Below are positions 27,094 through 32,000 of a stretch of 32,000 nucleotides of DNA, one piece after another. A model generated the notes under the pieces. That model saw only the letters and a list, made by a program, of their open reading frames with translations. It was not told the origin of the DNA and made no database searches. The position numbers and the translations under genes are program-made. Where the stretch lies: assembly GCF_000022265.1 (NCBI RefSeq), contig NC_011979.1, positions 3,180,001 through 3,212,000 of the forward strand, written 5' to 3'. This DNA is from Geotalea daltonii FRC-32 (GTDB lineage: Bacteria; Desulfobacterota; Desulfuromonadia; Geobacterales; Geobacteraceae). The number at the start of each line of letters is the position of its first letter. The stretch's first letter is position 1.

Positions 27094-28653
27094 TTATGAA
27101 GAACCGTTCATAGCATTGGAAAGCAGTGTTTTAAAAGCATAGGGCAGCGATTCCTGCACATCCACTGCCGAAATGCCGATCTCCCCTTTTTCAGTGGCGA
27201 CTAAATCGCCTGAGAGGCCATGGATAAAGGTTCCAAGGCAGCAGGCAAAAAATGGCGGGTAACCTTGACCAACCAGTGCCGTGACAACCCCTGTCAGCAC
27301 ATCTCCCATCCCGCCGGAAGCCATGCCCGGATTGCCGCTGCCGTTGATGGCAATTTCTCCGTCGGGGGAGGCAATGATCGTTCTTGCCCCCTTCAGGATC
27401 AGAAAGACTTTATACCTGCTGCTGAAGGACTTGGCAACTCCAATTCTATCCCCTTCCACATCGGCTACGGTTATTCCGGCAAGTCTCGCCATCTCTCCCG
27501 GATGTGGTGTGAGGATGACAACGGACGATTTTCTTGCTTGCAGCACTTCTGGCTGTGCAGCAATGGCATTAAGTCCATCGGCATCAACCACCAGCGGCAA
27601 TGCCGCTTGGCTCACTATCTTCCGTACCAGGTCGGCAGTTTCGGGCTCAAATGACAATCCGGGGCCAACGGCAATAACGTCTTTCCCCGCCGCAGCTGTC
27701 ATGATCCCCTTGAAAGCATCCCCGCAGAAAAAGCCGGTTCCGCCGTCAGGCACAGGCAGAGACATGGCCTCGGTGGTTTTGATCTCCATAGTAGGATTAA
27801 GCAGCGCCGGAACAGCCACGGTGACAAGGCCGGCACCGGCACGGACCGCAGAGTTGGCCGCCATGGCAGCAGCGCCGGTTTTCCCGCTGGATCCGGCAAC
27901 GATGAGACAATGGCCGCATTGGCCTTTGTGGGTTTGCCTCCCCCGCGGCCGCAGCAGTTTGCGGGCAGCTGCATGGTCCATAAATTCACATCCTGGCGCA
28001 TCGGCAATTACCTGTTCCGGTATGCCGATGTCAGCCACCTGCAGCGTGCCACACAACTCCGCCCCGGGATAAAGAATGCAGCCCAGCTTGGCGGCAGCGA
28101 AGGTTACCGTCATATCTGCCCGGACAGCCTTGCCCAGAATCTTGCCGCTTGCCGAATCAACGCCCGAAGGAATATCCACGGCAAAAACCGGGGCCGAAGC
28201 CGAATTGACCAGATCTATGGCTTCTGCATAGACTCCCCTCACCTCTGATTTCAGGCCGGTTCCCAGAATGGCATCCACTATCACCCCGGCACCTGCGAAA
28301 GCAGAACCGTGCTTGGCCAGATCGCCGGGTCTGGGGCAGGCGGTAATCATGGCCTCATCAAGCCTCTGCAAGTTAACGGCCGCATCACCCGTGATCTCTT
28401 CCGGAGAACAGAGGATAAAAACCCGCACCTGCCAGCCCTGTCCTGATAAAAGTCTGGCTATGACAAAGCCGTCGCCGCCATTGTTTCCCTTGCCGGCGAC
28501 AATGACAACTTTTTTGTTGCCGCCATAAGCGGCAGTTATGGCTCCAGCGCAGCAGCGGCCGGCATTTTCCATGAGGATCAGGCCTGAAATGCCCAACTCA
28601 TCGATGGTTCTGCGGTCCAGCTGCTGCATGGTCTCGCCGGTCACAGCCTTCAT
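27094..28653 (-). CDS. nnr: Bifunctional NAD(P)H-hydrate repair enzyme (epimerase / ADP-dependent dehydratase)
   Basis: YjeF_N motif GKGNNGGDG. C-terminal carbohydrate-kinase motif ASGGMGDVLTG. 519 aa. Confidence 0.92.
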   Translation of the reverse strand: MKAVTGETMQQLDRRTIDELGISGLILMENAGRCCAGAITAAYGGNKKVVIVAGKGNNGGDGFVIARLLSGQGWQVRVFILCSPEEITGDAAVNLQRLDEAMITACPRPGDLAKHGSAFAGAGVIVDAILGTGLKSEVRGVYAEAIDLVNSASAPVFAVDIPSGVDSASGKILGKAVRADMTVTFAAAKLGCILYPGAELCGTLQVADIGIPEQVIADAPGCEFMDHAAARKLLRPRGRQTHKGQCGHCLIVAGSSGKTGAAAMAANSAVRAGAGLVTVAVPALLNPTMEIKTTEAMSLPVPDGGTGFFCGDAFKGIMTAAAGKDVIAVGPGLSFEPETADLVRKIVSQAALPLVVDADGLNAIAAQPEVLQARKSSVVILTPHPGEMARLAGITVADVEGDRIGVAKSFSSRYKVFLILKGARTIIASPDGEIAINGSGNPGMASGGMGDVLTGVVTALVGQGYPPFFACCLGTFIHGLSGDLVATEKGEIGISAVDVQESLPYAFKTLLSNAMNGSS

Positions 28654-29031
28654 TTATTTCTCCAATACCAGCATGGCCACAGCCATGTTGCCGTCGTGGG
28701 AAAGGGAAAGAAAAATCTTTTGCAGGCCCGCTTCGGCAAAGAGCTCACCGGCCTTGCCGGTTAAAAGCATCTCCGGCTTCCCCAGCCGATCGTTGACGAT
28801 CTCCATATGCTGCCAGCTGACCCCCCCCCGGAGACCGGTGCCCAGAGCCTTGAGAAAAGCCTCCTTGGCGGCAAAGCGCAGGGCGAAGTGCTGGGCGCTG
28901 TGCTTTTTGCCCGAGCAATATTCCAGCTCGCGGGGGGTGAAGACCCGCTGCAGCAGGGAAGTATTGTTTTCGCTGACAAAGCGCTGGAAGCGGGAGATAT
29001 CAACTATGTCGACACCGGTGCCGTAGATCAT
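28654..29031 (-). CDS. acpS: Holo-[acyl-carrier-protein] synthase
   Basis: [15 protein letters not shown] start and [12 protein letters not shown] motif. ATG 29031 overlaps the stop of the upstream lipoprotein gene as ATGA. The ORF-track start at 29058 is 9 codons longer. Confidence 0.9.
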   Translation of the reverse strand: MIYGTGVDIVDISRFQRFVSENNTSLLQRVFTPRELEYCSGKKHSAQHFALRFAAKEAFLKALGTGLRGGVSWQHMEIVNDRLGKPEMLLTGKAGELFAEAGLQKIFLSLSHDGNMAVAMLVLEK

Positions 29032-29462
29032 TGAATGGTAGTTGTCCCTTGTGGACAAGGATCAATCGAAGATTTAAAGGAAGCACTTTTTCCGGCAATC
29101 GTTAAAGTTGTGATCGTTATTTTTGACGTGGCATCCTGAGCCGCATTCTGATGGGACACGGAAACAGTTTCGCCTGGGCGGATAACGCCTTGGTCGCTCC
29201 TTGGTGATTGGTTGGTTATCGTATACTTACTCGTTGCAGTCCCGGATACGCTGATGGTTGCAGAAGTCTGGAGATTAAATATCTGTATCGGACCGGAGTC
29301 CGCAAATGAGCCTGGCGACTGACTGCACTTATTCGTCCCCTCAAAAGAGAAGGAAACATTACTATTTTTGCTTCCCGACGTGGTACTATCCTCCGGAAAC
29401 CACTCAACGCCGCACCCGGCAACAACCACAACCAAAAGCACCGCCACAATCCACTTGTTCAT
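29028..29462 (-). CDS. Putative lipoprotein, Ser/Thr-rich and beta-rich, unknown function
   Basis: [18 protein letters not shown] has a lipobox (VAGC). GGAG lies 7 nt upstream of ATG 29462. The mature part of about 125 aa has two Cys residues. Confidence 0.6.
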   Translation of the reverse strand: MNKWIVAVLLVVVVAGCGVEWFPEDSTTSGSKNSNVSFSFEGTNKCSQSPGSFADSGPIQIFNLQTSATISVSGTATSKYTITNQSPRSDQGVIRPGETVSVSHQNAAQDATSKITITTLTIAGKSASFKSSIDPCPQGTTTIQ

Positions 29463-29584
29463 GTCATATCTCCACATCCTGCATAAGGTTTGAATATTTG
29501 AACCTTATAACACGTTCACCGCCTCTGTTAAACCCATTTTTGAGGGGATGCATAGAAAATGACAGGTTCTGCGGATAGGGGAGA

Positions 29585-30295
29585 TTATCTGCTTTCGACA
29601 GAATGTTCTTTAAGGAGGATGTACTTGTTGTCGAGTATCTCGATCTTGCTCTCTTTGGCAAAGCGGTTTAAAAGACGGGTGACCGTTTCGCGGGAAACGT
29701 TGGCATAGCCGGCGATATCCTTGTGCATCAGTTTCAGGGCGATGATGATGCCCCGTTCATCCCGTACACCGTTCAATTTCCCCAATTGATCGAGAACCGC
29801 TCTCACCCGCTGCTCGGCGCTTGAAAAGCTCATCACCTTCAGCATCAGCCATGACTCTCTCAATCGGTGGCATAACATGGAGATAAGCTGATTCATGACC
29901 TTTTCGTTCTGCAGGAGAAACTTTTCGAAACTCTCCCTTGCTATGAGCTGGATCAGGGAATCTTCCATGGCAATAACCGTAGCCGGCGCGGTTTTACCGT
30001 CCAGAATAGCCATTTCGCCAAAGTATTCGCCCTTCTTGTGAATGGCGAGGATATGCTCCTTGCCATCTTCACTGGACTGGACGACCTTCACTTTGCCGGA
30101 GGAAACGATGTACATATATCGCTGGGTATCCTCCTCCCAGAGAATGACATTGTTCCTGAAGAACTTTTTTTCTTCGATAATGCCCATCAGGGAAGAAAGT
30201 TGATCATCCGTCAGTGAGGCAAAAATCGGGATGCTTCTCAGAAAGGCAAAGGTCTTAGCATTGTTGTTATTGCTGGCCGTATTGGATACCGTCAT
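29585..30295 (-). CDS. Crp/Fnr-family transcriptional regulator
   Basis: cNMP-binding beta-roll (YMYIVSSGKVKVV...GEYFGEMAIL). C-terminal HTH (IAGYANVSRETVTRLLNRF). There is no N-terminal Cys cluster, so it is not a classical FNR. Confidence 0.9.
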   Translation of the reverse strand: MTVSNTASNNNNAKTFAFLRSIPIFASLTDDQLSSLMGIIEEKKFFRNNVILWEEDTQRYMYIVSSGKVKVVQSSEDGKEHILAIHKKGEYFGEMAILDGKTAPATVIAMEDSLIQLIARESFEKFLLQNEKVMNQLISMLCHRLRESWLMLKVMSFSSAEQRVRAVLDQLGKLNGVRDERGIIIALKLMHKDIAGYANVSRETVTRLLNRFAKESKIEILDNKYILLKEHSVESR

Positions 30296-31691
30296 TTGTG
30301 CCCTGCCTTTCGGGGTTTGGTGAAAGCCTGCTGAGGCTGTACTTTTTCATGAGGTCGTAAAGGGTCGGTCTGCTGACACCTAGAACTTCCGCCGCTTTAG
30401 CTATATTGCCTTCCTGGCGGCCAAGGGCGGAGATGATCATTTCCCTTTCCAGCCTGTCTCTTGCGTCTTTCAAAGTCACACAGCCCATGGGCGGCATCAT
30501 CAGCGGCATGCTGTTTTCAGTAAGCCCAAGATCAGCCGGCTCTATCAGTGGGGAATCGGACATGATCACCGCGCGCTGCACCCTGTTCTCCAGCTCTCGC
30601 ACATTTCCGGGCCAGGTGTAGTTTTTCAGGATTTTCAAAGAAGAAGTACTGAAGCCTCTGGTCTTTTTGCAGAATTCCTCCGTCGCCCTTTTCAGGAAAA
30701 GGTTTGCCAGCAGCATGATGTCGTCCCCCCGCTCCCGCAATGGGGGAAGATTTATGGTTATGACGGCAATCCTGTAGTACAGGTCTTCCCGGAACAATCC
30801 TTCGCCGATTGCCTTGGCAATGTCCATGTTGGTTGCCGAAATTATTCTGGCATCAACGGCTATGTCTTCCCTTCCACCTACCCGCTGCAGAACCTTTTCC
30901 TGAAGAAAACGGAGAAGCTTTACCTGGAGGTTACCCGGCAGTTCCCCTATTTCATCGAGAAACATGGTCCCCTTGTGGGCATATTCCGCCTTGCCGAGAA
31001 TCCTGGCATGGGCGCCGGTGAAAGCGCCACGTTCGGTGCCGAACATCTCGGATTCAAGGAGGTTTTCGGGGATTGCGCCGCAGTTTATGGGTACGAAAGG
31101 GCCGTTTTTCCTGAGGCTCATATTGTGCAGGGCCTTTGCCACCAGTTCCTTGCCGGTGCCGCTTTCACCTGTGATGAACACGGCTACATCCGATAAAGAT
31201 ACCTTTCTGATCATGGAAAACACCTGCAACATCTGCGGACTTTTGCCGATGATGCCACCGAAACCGCACCCCTTCTGTTCCAATACCGACTGCTGCCGTG
31301 CGTTGTCCTCTTCCATATCCAGCAGGTTAAAAGCCCTGTTGATGATCACCCTCAGTTCACTCATATGGATCGGTTTCCGACAGAAGCCATATGCGCCTGC
31401 CTGCACAGCCCTGAGCCCGATGTCACGGCGTTCGTGTTCGGTAATGACTATTACCCTGGTAGTGGGGGAATGACTGAGAATCTGCTCCAGACAGCGAAAA
31501 CCTTCGACTATTCCATTCTCGTCAGGAGACAGGCCGATACCCAGAGTAACTACTTTGGGACGATACCTGTAAAATAGAGCAATGGCTTCTTTACAGTCTC
31601 CTGCAAACATGACGTCATATTCTTTTCCAATTCCCCGTTTGAGCTGTTTGCATAACTCGCAGTTGTCTTCGATGATGAGGAGTTTGTTCAT
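30267..31691 (-). CDS. Sigma-54-dependent transcriptional activator (NtrC family, PrsR-like) with a degenerate receiver domain
   Basis: AAA+ core with GESGTGKE, intact GAFTGA, FLDEIGELP and FREDLYYRI. C-terminal Fis-type HTH (NIAKAAEVLGVSRPTLYDLMKKY). The N-terminal receiver reads VVTLGIGLSPD where family members carry the phospho-acceptor Asp. Start ATG 31691 has GGGAGA 5 nt upstream. The ORF track uses TTG 31718. Confidence 0.9.
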   Translation of the reverse strand: MNKLLIIEDNCELCKQLKRGIGKEYDVMFAGDCKEAIALFYRYRPKVVTLGIGLSPDENGIVEGFRCLEQILSHSPTTRVIVITEHERRDIGLRAVQAGAYGFCRKPIHMSELRVIINRAFNLLDMEEDNARQQSVLEQKGCGFGGIIGKSPQMLQVFSMIRKVSLSDVAVFITGESGTGKELVAKALHNMSLRKNGPFVPINCGAIPENLLESEMFGTERGAFTGAHARILGKAEYAHKGTMFLDEIGELPGNLQVKLLRFLQEKVLQRVGGREDIAVDARIISATNMDIAKAIGEGLFREDLYYRIAVITINLPPLRERGDDIMLLANLFLKRATEEFCKKTRGFSTSSLKILKNYTWPGNVRELENRVQRAVIMSDSPLIEPADLGLTENSMPLMMPPMGCVTLKDARDRLEREMIISALGRQEGNIAKAAEVLGVSRPTLYDLMKKYSLSRLSPNPERQGTNDGIQYGQQ

Positions 31692-31860
31692 CGTCTCTCC
31701 CGATGACTTGTTCGCCAACCTGCAGACCGCCCTTTTAAAACCAGACCTACAGCATCGCGCATTTAATTAAATAATAATAATATACTCCTATAGGATAATT
31801 TATTTACGGGAAAATTCAATGACAGCTGGAGATATTTGTAACGGTGCCGGCATAAATGAA

Positions 31861-31894
31861 AAAGGGTGCCGAGATTATCCCCGGCACCCTTTTT
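31861..31894. terminator. Hairpin terminator, possibly bidirectional, downstream of the truncated right-edge gene
   Basis: Stem AAAGGGTGCCG / CGGCACCCTTT with a 10-nt loop. It is flanked by an A-run on the left and a T-run on the right. Confidence 0.65.
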
Positions 31895-31918
31895 AAGAAC
31901 ATTGCAATGTTTAGCTCA

Positions 31919-32000
31919 TTACCAGCTGACGAGCCCCACTGCCCGCTGCAGGATCAGGCGGGCATCGTTCAGATTAATCACACCATCCCCCTTGGGCTTG
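31919..32000 (-). CDS. C-terminal 27 codons of a truncated gene; the tail resembles a dockerin-type Ca-binding repeat
   Basis: Hand translation of the minus strand gives ...KPKGDGVINLNDARLILQRAVGLVSW, with the stop TAA at 31919-31921. The GDGxINxxDxxLILQ pattern resembles a dockerin / EF-hand-like repeat. Confidence 0.4.
   Translation of the reverse strand, partial: KPKGDGVINLNDARLILQRAVGLVSW

Noticed and set aside
31819-31896. 25-aa mini-ORF (MTAGDICNGAGINEKGCRDYPRHPF) with a GGGA upstream
   Set aside because: Half of it is encoded by the terminator hairpin itself, so it is most likely fortuitous.
1-32000. Search by eye for CRISPR repeats, IS/transposase or integrase genes, tRNA/rRNA genes, toxin-antitoxin pairs, and GEMM-type c-di-GMP riboswitches in the larger spacers (5927-6119, 7341-7469, 24713-24834, 31719-31918)
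   Set aside because: No periodic direct repeats were seen, and no recombinase motifs appear in any frame of the ORF track. No spacer has tRNA-like T-loop/acceptor features or the conserved GEMM core. By-eye scanning cannot exclude small or divergent ncRNAs.

Overview
This is a chromosomal core region from a Geobacter/Desulfuromonadales-like deltaproteobacterium. The assignment is inferred from the cimA-aspartate kinase neighbourhood, the multiheme cytochrome, sigma-54 regulators, about 50% GC and GGAG-type RBSs. No search was possible, and all family calls rest on motifs read from the translated ORFs.

The window is about 93% coding. I found no rRNA, tRNA, CRISPR array, transposase or integrase.

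Positions 8348-31718 form one uninterrupted minus-strand array of about 30 genes. Most are housekeeping:
- gltX, yacG, argS, ftsB, rsmA, tsaD, tsaE, nnr and acpS
- aspartate kinase and citramalate synthase
- three UDP-glucuronate-node enzymes
- PIN-PhoH, a DHH phosphoesterase and a ComEA-like protein

The least ordinary part is the left 6 kb. It holds a string of eight tightly coupled minus-strand ORFs:
- an AcuC/HDAC-type deacetylase
- a GNAT-like unknown protein
- a TPR protein
- two small membrane proteins
- an orphan MlaF-type ABC ATPase
- an MtrA-like decaheme cytochrome
- a truncated outer-membrane barrel that looks MtrB/PioB-like

This string is transcribed divergently from a sigma-54-driven ammonium transporter.

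Other points of interest:
- a response regulator carrying an N-terminal tandem MshEN-type c-di-GMP-binding motif
- a PrsR-like sigma-54 activator whose receiver lacks the phospho-acceptor Asp and which overlaps a Crp/Fnr regulator
- an in-frame internal start with a perfect SD inside aspartate kinase
- three small ORFs below the ORF-track cutoff: yacG, a 57-aa Cys-rich peptide and a 33-aa membrane peptide
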